Assembly (NCBI GenBank): GCA_963720465.1 | Contig: OY970393.1 | Span: 2,016,001 to 2,080,000, forward strand | From: Methanobacteriota archaeon | GTDB taxonomy: Archaea; Halobacteriota; Bog-38; Methanoflorentales; Methanoflorentaceae | DNA length: 64,000 bases | Reading direction: 5' to 3' | Shown here: in pieces, positions 21,780 to 31,298 of the stretch | Layout: each line of letters starts with the position of its first letter | Position numbering within the stretch: position 1 is the stretch's first letter | Notes under the pieces: generated by a model | Told to the model about the DNA's origin: nothing | Databases searched by the model: none | What the model saw: the letters and a program-made list of their open reading frames with translations, nothing else | Made by a program: the position numbers and the translations under genes

Positions 21780-22700
21780 TCAGAGTCGGGCCAAAAGCTC
21801 CTGTTTCTTGGCCGCGAACTCCTCCTCAGTGATAACTCCTTGCTCTTTGAGATCGGCCAAATTACCGAGCAAGGTGCACGGGTCGGCGGCCTGCAGCTGC
21901 CCTTGTCCGCTCCGTCGCGCTTCGAATGCCTCGGTGAAGCCAGCGCCGACAATGGCGATCGGAATGGCAAAAGTGGCTATGCCTAAGAACATTGCAAAGA
22001 CTGCTAAGATTCTCCCGAGCGCTGTCGTAGGGACAAGATCCCCGTAGCCTACGGTGGTTAAGGTCTGGGCCGCCCACCACCCAGCGGCAGGAATGCTTGA
22101 AAAATCGTGCGGGTCTACCGGATGCTCAATAATGAACATGAAGCTTGAGAAGGTTATCAACAAGATTATGTCGATTGCAAGCGCCGTAGCGAGTTCGTTT
22201 CTTTTCGCTTTTAGAATATCGAGAACGAAGGTGAATACACTAGAGTACGTGAGCAGTTTGAGCATGATGAGAATTATCGCGGCATCGATGATTACGTCTG
22301 CTCCGGGAAACAATGGCTTGGCATAAAAAGGCACAATGACAATCAGATTTATGAGCAGCGATGTAGTAAAAAGGCATTTTAGTCTGCCTTTGATCGGACT
22401 GCTAAACCGCGGATCTACCGTGCAAGACCACAAACGGAGTAAAAGTTCGATGGTAAAAACCACGATTGCAAAAGCAAATACTGCGTCAAAGAGCTCGTGA
22501 TATCTTTGGTATATGCTGCTGTAGCTGGCGAGTATGGCGAGGAATACGAGTAACCAGATCAGTGCTATCAAAAAGAAACGTACGCGCGTAGCTGTCGAAG
22601 CATCGCGACGGTGCGCCGCAACGACGCGGGCCTCACCTACAGGAAGAGGCTGGAAAATCGCGAATACGCGACGCTTCAGTTCTTCATTCTGCTTGGACAT
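21780..22700 (-). CDS. 6TM potassium channel (ion transport family) with C-terminal SHOCT domain
   Basis: WWAAQTLTTVGYGD filter; LADLKEQGVITEEEFAAKKQELL SHOCT motif. Confidence 0.88.
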   Translation of the reverse strand: MSKQNEELKRRVFAIFQPLPVGEARVVAAHRRDASTATRVRFFLIALIWLLVFLAILASYSSIYQRYHELFDAVFAFAIVVFTIELLLRLWSCTVDPRFSSPIKGRLKCLFTTSLLINLIVIVPFYAKPLFPGADVIIDAAIILIMLKLLTYSSVFTFVLDILKAKRNELATALAIDIILLITFSSFMFIIEHPVDPHDFSSIPAAGWWAAQTLTTVGYGDLVPTTALGRILAVFAMFLGIATFAIPIAIVGAGFTEAFEARRSGQGQLQAADPCTLLGNLADLKEQGVITEEEFAAKKQELLARL

Positions 22701-22988
22701 GCCCGGCTTCCAGGTTCTGAATCGAAATAGTGCACCCCAATAGTGAACGTCAATTTGCGTATAAATGCGTTGTGATCTTCTACGAGCGCTGTTCCGTGAT
22801 TTATAGTCGGTAGCTTGCGCCAGCTTGTCAACGTGCTCTTAGTTCCGCACGTTCTGACGATGATGAGAATCAAATCTTTAAGCTTTCGTCAGCGAAGGCG
22901 CACAAAGCTATTCAGAGATGCACGCAACCACGGAAGCCTGAGCTACTGATCAGGCGCCAGGCGGTCGCGTCACAAGGCGTTCAACAAG

Positions 22989-23056
22989 AAGTTTGCGGCC
23001 ACCACTTTGCGAGCGAGCAAGCGATTGCCACTTGCTTGACCGCTCGGAGCAAACTT
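22989..23056. repeat. nested inverted-repeat element flanked by AACAAG direct repeats (possible MITE)
   Basis: AAGTTTGC/GCAAACTT, CGAGCG/CGCTCG, AGCAAG/CTTGCT arms. Confidence 0.4.
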
Positions 23057-23595
23057 AACAAGGTCGAACGGTTGCACAATGCAGTGAAGAGGCGGGTAAA
23101 AGTAATGTGGGGGTTACACAGCGACAGATGTGCTGTGTATTTCATCAGGACTTAAGACATATTATGATTTCTTTAGGCGTAGTCAAGCGCCCGGAGGGAA
23201 AACGCAGGCCGAGGCTGTGACTATTGATTTGGATTGAGGAGAAAATAAGTGGCTGGCGGTCGACCCCGATCCCGGAAAAAAAGATTGTTTGATACTGTAG
23301 TGTCAGCATTGCACTGACGATATTGTGTGCACTCCTCAGCGCAGCAGTCACCGTCATACTCATGCTGACGCTTGACATAGTTTTCTAATAACAATTCACG
23401 AGTAGCGTACAAGAGAGCGAAATTACAAGTGCGCATCGCTAAAGATGCGTTTTCTTTTTTTTCCTAACGTGACGCATTATCACGGTAAAATAGTATGCTT
23501 AGATTGCGTGCAGTTTTTTTGGCTATGTGCAAGACGTCTGAGGAGATTCAGTTCAGGTTGTGGCACTGAATTTCCTCCGCGTGGTTATTTTGAGA

Positions 23596-24090
23596 TTAAA
23601 CTGGGAACAGCGGCGCGAAATACTTCCTATAGATTCCGAGCAAATGCTTACAATTTACAGCTTCTACGGCTTTGAAATCTAAGGTCTGGTAATCTTCTAG
23701 TTTGATTGATATTTCGAGCATCGGCTTAGGTTCTCGTCGGCGTCCAGATTCGGTCTGGAAGCTGAAGTTCTGTTTCGTAATACGCACACACTTTGCTTCG
23801 CCTTTCAGTGGCACTAGCTCAATTATCTCAGGTTCTGTTCCTTTTTCTACCTCTAAAAAGTCTTTTACTTTTATGCAATAGCCTTCCAAAAATATCCATA
23901 AATCTTCAAGCATTGTCTGGCCATCCTGTGGAGAACTTGTAATGAAGATGTCTTGGATGTCTTTAGGAAGAGGCAACTTTCGGGCTTCGCGCAAAAAGTA
24001 AGCAACCTGCTCGTTGTAAGCCCAAGCCCATATTTCCTCTAGATAACCCTTGAAGTCCTCTAAGAGTATATTTCGTTCAATTTCGTTCAT
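23596..24090 (-). CDS. AT-rich hypothetical protein
   Basis: 164-aa ORF with protein-like composition, lower GC than flanks. Confidence 0.65.
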   Translation of the reverse strand: MNEIERNILLEDFKGYLEEIWAWAYNEQVAYFLREARKLPLPKDIQDIFITSSPQDGQTMLEDLWIFLEGYCIKVKDFLEVEKGTEPEIIELVPLKGEAKCVRITKQNFSFQTESGRRREPKPMLEISIKLEDYQTLDFKAVEAVNCKHLLGIYRKYFAPLFPV

Positions 24091-24229
24091 GCTGTCTTCC
24101 AGAAGTTCTTAGAAGGCTATTAAGTATCTGCTTCTTATTCTTCTACGCAATCATTCTTTTTCACCAACCGTTTCACCAACCGCTGATTCAACAGTTACGC
24201 CAACCTGAGTCTCACCAGAGCCAATTTGA

Positions 24230-24315
24230 GGCTTTGTAAAAGAAGTGCCGTTTGTTAAAAAAGTCACGCCCCTGTTAAAAAAGTCAGCTCGTTTTCCTAC
24301 TAATTTTACAAAGCC
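24230..24315. mobile_element. 86-bp MITE, IS5 family IS903-like ends
   Basis: 12-bp perfect TIR GGCTTTGTAAAA; 9-bp TSD CCAATTTGA at 24221-24229 and 24316-24324; internal TGTTAAAAAAGTCA x2. Confidence 0.8.
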
Positions 24316-24330
24316 CCAATTTGACTAACT

Positions 24331-24362
24331 TTTATATAGAATTGAAACTAACTATAAGTTAG
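24331..24362 (+). promoter_or_regulatory. heat-shock operon TATA box and HSR1-type operator
   Basis: TTTATATA 24331-24338; CTAAC-TATAA-GTTAG (CTAAC-N5-GTTAG) at 24348-24362. Confidence 0.75.
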
Positions 24363-24403
24363 TGTTACGATCCATTCCGACCGTGACACGCCAAGAAAGA
24401 GCA

Positions 24404-25057
24404 ATGGACGAAGCAGCACTCCTTGACATTCTCGGCAATGAAAATCGCCGCAATATCCTGAAACTCCTGTCGCTGCGGCCATTTTACGTGACCGAGATTT
24501 CGGAAAGACTACGCGTGGCGCCAAAGGCTGTGATCAGCCATCTGAGCATGCTCGAGCGGGCTGGCATTATCGCGTTCTTTGTCGACGAGCGAAGGCGGAA
24601 GTACTTCCACATCGCCGACAACGTGCTGCTTGAGATTCAAATCTCTCCGTTCAGCTATGACGTCGAAACTGCGAACCCTAGACAGAAGGAACCAAGCGTC
24701 ACTGAGTTCTCAACTCCGATAGGCGAGATACAACTCAAGACGCGCAGTCTAGCCGACGTGGCTGAAACACTCGATAGCCTTAGAAGGGCAAACCGTGAAC
24801 TAATGGGCGCCCAGCGAAGGGTACAAGAGTTGATGAATGAAGTGATGGAACGTGGCGCGAGGAAAATCGACGGAATATCGCATGACTTCATTGAATATGA
24901 CATCCTTTCGCTGCTGCTAACCGGGCCGAAGACTGTCCGTCAGTTGTCAGCAGGGCTCGCGATACCTGGCCAGGTGCTGTCAGAGCGCCTACTCGACCTC
25001 GAAAAACGAGGGAAAATAAGAAGAATAGATGCCAAGACGTACTGGCTGGCGAGGTAG
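24404..25057 (+). CDS. ArsR-family heat-shock regulator (HSR1/Phr-like)
   Basis: LLDILGNENRRNILKLL..PFYVTEISE..PKAVISHL..RRKYF; heads the CDC48-Hsp20 operon. Confidence 0.85.
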   Translation: MDEAALLDILGNENRRNILKLLSLRPFYVTEISERLRVAPKAVISHLSMLERAGIIAFFVDERRRKYFHIADNVLLEIQISPFSYDVETANPRQKEPSVTEFSTPIGEIQLKTRSLADVAETLDSLRRANRELMGAQRRVQELMNEVMERGARKIDGISHDFIEYDILSLLLTGPKTVRQLSAGLAIPGQVLSERLLDLEKRGKIRRIDAKTYWLAR

Positions 25058-25111
25058 GAATGTATAAGCTCATAAACGCATCACGCGCACGAAATAGGAG
25101 ACAATCGAAAA

Positions 25112-27352
25112 ATGACAGAAGAAGTAACGCTTAAAGTCGTCGAGGCGTATCATCGCGACGCGGGAAGGGGAATCGCCCGAATCGACATGGATACCATGCG
25201 ACAACTCGGGCTCGTAAGTGGCGACATCATCGAGATAATGGGCCGCAACAGAGCAGCCGCAGTGGTGTGGCCGGCATACCCAGAGGACCGCGGCCTCGGC
25301 ATCATCAGAATCGATGGTAACATTCGCGGTAACGCACACGTTGGCATCGACGACAAAGTCGTCATTAGCAAGGCAAAATCGAATCCGGCAGTGAAGATCA
25401 CGCTGGCCCCCACCCAACCGGTGCGCATCGTCGGCGGCGAGGATTATCTCATGCGATTCCTCGAGGGGCGTCCGGTGCAGAAGGGCGAGACCCTTCGGGT
25501 CGAAATGCTGGGCAATCCGATAACTTTTGTAATCACCGCCACCCAGCCAGCAGGCATAGTTATCGCCGGGAAGAGCACGCAAATAACGCTTAAAGAAAAG
25601 CCGACGGTGGCGGCGGAACGTTCGATTTCTCACGTCACCTACGAGGATATCGGAGGCCTCAAACGCGAGCTCGCCTTGGTTCGAGAAATGATTGAGTTGC
25701 CGCTACGGCACCCAGAGCTATTCCAAAAGCTTGGCATCGATCCGCCAAAAGGCGTCTTGCTCTACGGCCCACCGGGCACGGGAAAGACACTCATTGCGAA
25801 AGCCGTCGCGAATGAGACGGACGCCTACTTCATCAACATCAGCGGCCCGGAGATAATGAGCAAGTTTTACGGTGAGAGCGAACAGCACCTCCGGGAGCTG
25901 TTCAAGGAGGCGTCGGACAATACTCCTGCGATCATTTTTATAGACGAGATTGACGCGATCGCGCCCAAGCGGAGCGAAGTAACGGGGGAGGTGGAGCGGC
26001 GCGTCGTCGCACAGCTGCTCGCGCTAATGGACGGCCTCGAGGCGCGCGGAGAGGTCGTGGTGATCGCCGCTACCAATCGTCCGGAAGGAATCGATCCCGC
26101 GCTGCGGAGGCCCGGGCGATTTGACCGAGAGATCGAAATTGGAGTGCCCGATGCGGCTGGTCGTCTCCAAATATTACAGGTGCACACGAGGGGTATGCCC
26201 ATCGCCGGCGACGTGCGCCTGGAGAACCTTGCCCGTACGACGCACGGCTTCGTCGGTGCTGACCTCGCTGCCCTATCAAAAGAAGCGGCGATGCACGCAC
26301 TTCGAAAGATCCTTCCCGAGATTGACCTTGAACAAGAGATCTCACAAGATGTGCTCGATAAGCTCCAGGTCACCGCGGAAGACTTCACGAACGTCCAGAA
26401 GAACATCGAGCCTTCCGCGATGCGCGAGGTGTTTGTTGAGGCGCCGAACGTGAAATGGCAAGACGTCGGGGGGCTTGAAGCGCCCAAACAAGAGCTGATA
26501 GAGGCCGTGGAGTGGCCAATAAAATTCGCCGACGCGTTTAGTACGATCAACACGAAGCCGCCAAAGGGGGTGTTGCTCTTCGGCCCTCCAGGCACAGGAA
26601 AGACGCTCCTAGCCAAGGCGGTCGCAACGGAAAGCGAGGCTAACTTTATTAGCATAAAGGGGCCCGAGCTTTTGAGCAAATGGGTTGGCGAGTCGGAAAA
26701 AGGCGTGCGCGAGACGTTTCGGCGCGCCAAGCAGGTCTCACCGACCATCATCCTGTTCGATGAGCTTGACGCGGTAGCACCGACAAGAGGGGCGAGTTCA
26801 GACTCGCACGTGACGGAGCGGGTAGTAAGCCAGCTGCTGACCGAGCTCGATGGCTTAGAGGAGCTTAAGGACGTGGTGGTGATCGGCGCAACGAATCGGC
26901 CCGATATGGTTGATATTGCTCTCTTGCGGCCCGGACGACTTGACAGGCTCGTGTACATACCGCCCCCAAACGTGTCGAGTCGCGCGCAGATATTTGCGAT
27001 CCACCTACGCGGAAAGCCGCTGGCAGACGACGTCGACATCGAGCAGCTTGCCAAAGAGACCGATGGATACGTTGGTGCCGATATCGAAGCAATTTGTAGA
27101 GAAGGCGCGATGCTCGCTCTCCGAGGCTTCATCCGAGACGACATGACGCCCGAGCAGGTTAAAGAAGGGGCGCCGACGATACGGATTACGAAAGCGCATC
27201 TGTACGCTGCAATCAATCGGGTCAAGCCGACGGCGTCGCGCGACATCCTTCACCAGTATGAGAAGATCGCAACGGAGTTTGCAAAGTTCTCGGTTACGGA
27301 AGAAGAGCCGAAGGAGCATGCTGCAAAGCCTGAATTTGCAGGTTATGCATGA
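25112..27352 (+). CDS. cdc48: CDC48/VAT AAA ATPase
   Basis: Two GPPGTGKT Walker A, RPGRFDRE and RPGRLDR SRH motifs. Confidence 0.95.
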   Translation: MTEEVTLKVVEAYHRDAGRGIARIDMDTMRQLGLVSGDIIEIMGRNRAAAVVWPAYPEDRGLGIIRIDGNIRGNAHVGIDDKVVISKAKSNPAVKITLAPTQPVRIVGGEDYLMRFLEGRPVQKGETLRVEMLGNPITFVITATQPAGIVIAGKSTQITLKEKPTVAAERSISHVTYEDIGGLKRELALVREMIELPLRHPELFQKLGIDPPKGVLLYGPPGTGKTLIAKAVANETDAYFINISGPEIMSKFYGESEQHLRELFKEASDNTPAIIFIDEIDAIAPKRSEVTGEVERRVVAQLLALMDGLEARGEVVVIAATNRPEGIDPALRRPGRFDREIEIGVPDAAGRLQILQVHTRGMPIAGDVRLENLARTTHGFVGADLAALSKEAAMHALRKILPEIDLEQEISQDVLDKLQVTAEDFTNVQKNIEPSAMREVFVEAPNVKWQDVGGLEAPKQELIEAVEWPIKFADAFSTINTKPPKGVLLFGPPGTGKTLLAKAVATESEANFISIKGPELLSKWVGESEKGVRETFRRAKQVSPTIILFDELDAVAPTRGASSDSHVTERVVSQLLTELDGLEELKDVVVIGATNRPDMVDIALLRPGRLDRLVYIPPPNVSSRAQIFAIHLRGKPLADDVDIEQLAKETDGYVGADIEAICREGAMLALRGFIRDDMTPEQVKEGAPTIRITKAHLYAAINRVKPTASRDILHQYEKIATEFAKFSVTEEEPKEHAAKPEFAGYA

Positions 27353-27402
27353 GATGAAACACACTCACCAAAAGCGTGAATGAAGAAAAGGAGGCTTAAA
27401 AA

Positions 27403-27891
27403 ATGGCGAAAAAACGAAGGAGTTTTTTCGATGACTTTTTCGGCGAAGGATTTGAAGAGCTGATGGATCAGATGCTGCGAGACCTGCAGGAAGGGAGGCA
27501 ACCAAAACCCTTCATTTACGGGTTCTCAATGACGCAGCACCCGGGCGAAGCGCCAGAAGTGCGAGAATTCGGGAATATCCAGCCCTTTGGCAGGAGCGTC
27601 AAGATGGAGGACGAGAGAAAGCCCCTGATTGACGTTATGGAGACGACTGAAGAAGTTCACGTTATTGCCGAGATGCCCGGCGTGGATCGAACGGATGTGC
27701 AGCTCGACACCACGGAGAGCAGACTCGATATCAAAGCCCAAAACGAGTTTAGAAAATACTCTGAAAGCGTTGAACTCCCCGTCAAGGTTGACCCACACAG
27801 CGCGAAGGCAACGTACCGAAATGGCGTTCTTGAGGTGAGGCTGAAACGCGTCCAACCTGAAGAAGAGAAGTCGCACATTAGCGTCGAATGA
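27403..27891 (+). CDS. hsp20: small heat-shock protein Hsp20
   Basis: YGFSMT..EFGN, PLIDV, AEMPGV, ATYRNGVLEV. Confidence 0.92.
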   Translation: MAKKRRSFFDDFFGEGFEELMDQMLRDLQEGRQPKPFIYGFSMTQHPGEAPEVREFGNIQPFGRSVKMEDERKPLIDVMETTEEVHVIAEMPGVDRTDVQLDTTESRLDIKAQNEFRKYSESVELPVKVDPHSAKATYRNGVLEVRLKRVQPEEEKSHISVE

Positions 27892-27906
27892 AGGGGTTCA
27901 TCCTCT

Positions 27907-28557
27907 TCAAACTTCCTTTTTAATGGCATCGGGCAAGGTGCTTACGTCGCGCAGCACGAAATCGGGCTGGGCGCGGATCAGCAACTGACGCGTGGCAAAG
28001 CCGCAGAGCACCGCGGCCGTTTTTGTCCCCGCTTTTTTTCCCATAAGGATATCTTCGACCATGTCGCCCACGTAGAGCACCTCTGAGGCGACGACGCGCG
28101 CTTGTTCTATTGCCATACGCAAGGTTTCCGGCGCTGGCTTCCCGTGCTCAAATCCGACATCGTCGCCAAACAACATGGTATCGAAGTACGCCTCGATTCC
28201 TTGTTCAATGACTTCGCTCGTCACGCGCTCGCGAGACCCACCAGAGACGAGGCCAAGCTTCAAATGCCTCTTCTTCAGTTCAAGCAGAGCGTCGGCAGTA
28301 CCGTCGAACAGTACGCATTCCTTGTTGTGTCGCTCGTAGCAGTCCATCCACGCCGCGTCTGCGATTGCCCAGTCGTCTTCGCGTATCCCTAAGTACAAGT
28401 AGTAATCGTGATAGTTGGGACGACTCTCTTGGCGGAACTCTTCGAGGGTTACCTGTTGCAGGCCGAAAGCGTCCATGACGCCTAGATAGCTCTCGTACGT
28501 GGGAATGACCGAATTGTAAAGCGTCCCATCCCAGTCGAACATCACTGCTTTAAGCAC
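27907..28557 (-). CDS. HAD-superfamily IA phosphatase (Gph-like)
   Basis: FDWDGTL, GKPAP, YVGDMVEDI; 4 nt downstream of the TGT-like gene. Confidence 0.88.
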   Translation of the reverse strand: MLKAVMFDWDGTLYNSVIPTYESYLGVMDAFGLQQVTLEEFRQESRPNYHDYYLYLGIREDDWAIADAAWMDCYERHNKECVLFDGTADALLELKKRHLKLGLVSGGSRERVTSEVIEQGIEAYFDTMLFGDDVGFEHGKPAPETLRMAIEQARVVASEVLYVGDMVEDILMGKKAGTKTAAVLCGFATRQLLIRAQPDFVLRDVSTLPDAIKKEV

Positions 28558-28561
28558 GTCC

Positions 28562-29560
28562 CTACTCCCGCGGCAGTTTTTCGCTCACGATGGCATAGCA
28601 TCTCCACAGTTCTTGCTTGTCATACTCAACAAGCCGCTGTTGGGTGAGCTCTGCAATCGTATTGTTCTCGAGAGCGTCATTTATACGCGCTTCTGAAAGG
28701 CGCACCATATGAACGTTGTGTCTTGCGCGCGCTTCAGGAGAGCGCTTGAGCTCGTAGAGCACGTCAAGCGGATTCTTGCTCGAGCACAATTCGCAGGCGC
28801 ACGTCCATTCGCCGAGTTTGTCTGCTCGCACAAGCCTGCCTGAAGCCGTTAAGACAGAGCCATACGCGAGTCCTGCGATAACGGCACTCGAGCCGTCTGC
28901 TGACGTAACGTTAGCGCATGCGAGAAGCTCGAGGGCGTTGAATGAGCTGCCTCCCGAGGCGTGAAATTGCGCGTCTCCAAACTCACTTAAGAGCTGATTG
29001 TATGCGGCGAGCACCTCAAACTGTTTCACGCGATCTTCGGAGCGGAATTTCGCGAGGCGGGAAAACAGTCCAAATCCCGCTGAGAGCTTCGTCAAACCGG
29101 CATTTAAAGCTCTCTCGAATATGTAACGGGCATCGCGGAACGTACCGACCTCAAAGCCAGCGTACAACAAATCAGGTCGTTGAGCGTTCTCCTTTGCCCA
29201 CAAAGCGGCTTCTAGGCTCGTTTCGAGCGCCTTCATACGATCTGCTTTGACGCGCTTCCAGTAGGGCGTTTTGAAATCGCCGTTGACCGGAACGTTGAGT
29301 GTCATCAAACCATCGGTCTGGTCGTTTACCAGCTGTTCCTGCAATAAGAGAACCCGTTCTTTCGTTCGCAGTTCGGGCTTTTTCGAATATGGGGGTGAGA
29401 AAAAGTTGCCACTGTGAATGAAATGGTGGGGGAGGGTTGTTGGATCAGTCGCGTACGCATTTGCGAAGGTCGTGTTATCGAAGGATAACACAACGGGGTC
29501 ATTCAGCCCTCGCAGCGTCGGGACGAACGTGCGGTAGAATTGAAATGCACTGGCAGACAT
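28562..29560 (-). CDS. divergent tRNA-guanine transglycosylase-fold protein
   Basis: FHASG, TSADGSS, CACELC...HN zinc site align with TGT motifs; HSGNF and LNVP replace DSGxF and xDxP. Confidence 0.75.
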   Translation of the reverse strand: MSASAFQFYRTFVPTLRGLNDPVVLSFDNTTFANAYATDPTTLPHHFIHSGNFFSPPYSKKPELRTKERVLLLQEQLVNDQTDGLMTLNVPVNGDFKTPYWKRVKADRMKALETSLEAALWAKENAQRPDLLYAGFEVGTFRDARYIFERALNAGLTKLSAGFGLFSRLAKFRSEDRVKQFEVLAAYNQLLSEFGDAQFHASGGSSFNALELLACANVTSADGSSAVIAGLAYGSVLTASGRLVRADKLGEWTCACELCSSKNPLDVLYELKRSPEARARHNVHMVRLSEARINDALENNTIAELTQQRLVEYDKQELWRCYAIVSEKLPRE

Positions 29561-29653
29561 CGTGTCGTTTTTGTGAGAAATAGGCACGCAAGCTTTTTAA
29601 CGCACGGGTATAGCTTATATCTACTTAAATTGATATAAAAATGGTGAGGTTAC

Positions 29654-29881
29654 ATGCCAAATGGACTTATGGATTCGGAGCGAATACGCGAGATTGTGCG
29701 ATCAAGCAAAGACTACCTTCAGATTATTTATCAGAACGACACGAAACTCGTGTTAAAGGTACACAGCGATCCTGCTATTGAAGTCAAAGTTGAAGACGAA
29801 GGAACCACTCTTTCCGTCGACATAGTTGAACCCGAAAGGCTTGGCCAGTTGGTCCAGCAGTTTCGGGATCTGATGTCGTAA
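29654..29881 (+). CDS. small hypothetical protein
   Basis: 75 aa, GGTGAGG SD, divergent from the TGT-like gene. Confidence 0.65.
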   Translation: MPNGLMDSERIREIVRSSKDYLQIIYQNDTKLVLKVHSDPAIEVKVEDEGTTLSVDIVEPERLGQLVQQFRDLMS

Positions 29882-29903
29882 GCTCGGCGATGAGAGCGAT
29901 AAA

Positions 29904-30125
29904 ATGATTGGCAATGCACTTTCCGCGCTGAAGACGTTCGGTGTTGCGGCCCGCGCCCTCGATGAAGAGGGCTTGACCGTCGAAATACGCAACCGGGGCA
30001 AGCCCGCTGTTGCCATTGGGCGAAACGCCCACTCCCTAGTGCTGGACAAGGTCTATGGTCCAATAAAAGTAAAAAGCTTCAAAGAAGTCGTCGAATTAAT
30101 GGGGAAAATCGCCGCCGGAACATAG
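29904..30125 (+). CDS. small hypothetical protein
   Basis: 73 aa, co-oriented with the previous ORF. Confidence 0.6.
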   Translation: MIGNALSALKTFGVAARALDEEGLTVEIRNRGKPAVAIGRNAHSLVLDKVYGPIKVKSFKEVVELMGKIAAGT

Positions 30126-30157
30126 GAGGAGGACGGCTCACGAGACTAAGCGCTTTT

Positions 30158-30430
30158 TTGGTGTATCTCCTGGGAGCACTGCTGATAATGGCCGGCGCGT
30201 TCGTGCTTCTGTCACAATTGGGGGTCCTCGGGCTCCTCCTTAGTACCCTAAATCTTCCCGCGATCGTTCTGTTTGCACTCGTGCTCATCCTCATTGGATT
30301 CGTCCTGATCCGAGGGGCGTCACTGATCGCCTATAGCTCCAACCACCAGAAAAAAGATCGTAATGAGCTAGACTATAAGGATCTCACCTACGAAGACCAA
30401 GACCCGTGGAGGTACAAAAAGCGGGACTAG
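30158..30430 (+). CDS. small membrane protein
   Basis: Two hydrophobic helices and a charged tail. Confidence 0.6.
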   Translation: MVYLLGALLIMAGAFVLLSQLGVLGLLLSTLNLPAIVLFALVLILIGFVLIRGASLIAYSSNHQKKDRNELDYKDLTYEDQDPWRYKKRD

Positions 30431-30822
30431 TCACCGGTGAGCTTCGCGCTCTGCGGCGCGTTTATTATGTCTTCGTAGTACCTGATTCTTTCGTCGATCA
30501 CACCTTCGAATTTCCTATACTCGCGTATTACACCAATCCACATGAGCCCGTAGCATAGGGCGATCGAAATAAGAACGGTTCCCCCGGCTAGTATATAGTT
30601 GTCGCCTCGCACGAGAATGGCGTTGCCGTACAAGTATTGAGACGTGAGTACGACGTAAACAGCGAGAAGAATCCCTGCCACCCCACCCCACATCGATTTT
30701 ATGTGCCATATGTGGCGTTCGTGGCGTTTTTCCATTTTTCGAAAATCTAACTCAAGAATTCGGTTGTAGACAGCGCCCTTGTTGACTTCGACGTATTTGT
30801 TTTGTCCGCGCTGCGTGGTCAC
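30427..30822 (-). CDS. two-TM hypothetical protein
   Basis: 131 aa; GTG start overlaps the stop of the PT-repeat gene. Confidence 0.65.
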   Translation of the reverse strand: MTTQRGQNKYVEVNKGAVYNRILELDFRKMEKRHERHIWHIKSMWGGVAGILLAVYVVLTSQYLYGNAILVRGDNYILAGGTVLISIALCYGLMWIGVIREYRKFEGVIDERIRYYEDIINAPQSAKLTGD

Positions 30823-31298
30823 ATTCTCCTTGTTGTGTAATAGAAGCCAACCATAAGCCCAACCGCAATAATGCCGATTATCGCTGCGCCGACAAGTGTA
30901 GGATCAGCGCCGCCTCCCGTTTGATTGGCCGTAGGCGTTGCACTCACCACCGGCGTAGGCGTTGCACTCACCACCGGCGTAGGCGTTGCACTCACCACCG
31001 GCGTAGGCGTTGCACTCACCACCGGCGTAGGCGTTGCGGTTGGCGTAGGCGTCGCGGTTGGCGTAGGCGTTGCGGTTGGCTTAGGCGTTGCGGTTGGCGT
31101 AGGCGTTGCGGTTGGCGTAGGCGTTGCGGTTGGCGTAGGCGTCGCGGTTGGCTTAGGCGTTGCCGCTACTGCACCAGCGGCCTGTTGTGCGTGCAAAGAA
31201 AGCGCCGCTGTCGACGAAGCTACCGCTACAGCAATTAGGAAAGACAGCACTACAACGCGTGAGATGAGAATTCTGGAGCCTCCTGCTTGTAACGACAA
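30819..31298 (-). CDS. secreted Pro/Thr-repeat protein with C-terminal TM anchor
   Basis: Signal peptide, TPTATP and TPTPVVSA repeats, TM helix, basic tail. Confidence 0.75.
   Translation of the reverse strand: MSLQAGGSRILISRVVVLSFLIAVAVASSTAALSLHAQQAAGAVAATPKPTATPTPTATPTPTATPTPTATPKPTATPTPTATPTPTATPTPVVSATPTPVVSATPTPVVSATPTPVVSATPTANQTGGGADPTLVGAAIIGIIAVGLMVGFYYTTRRM
30930..31163. repeat. coding tandem repeats: 4 x 24 bp then about 7.5 x 18 bp
   Basis: CGTAGGCGTTGCACTCACCACCGG x4; CGTAGGCGTTGCGGTTGG-type units. Confidence 0.95.

Noticed and set aside
22854-22893. CTGACGA/TGATGA as a hammerhead ribozyme or C/D-box RNA
   Set aside because: No properly placed GAAA core and stems, and no flanking C and D boxes
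25867-27246. 459-aa antisense ORF, and similar ones at 5380-6015, 17437-18129 and 63415-63969
   Set aside because: Antisense shadows of cdc48, atwA, DUF711 and cas1
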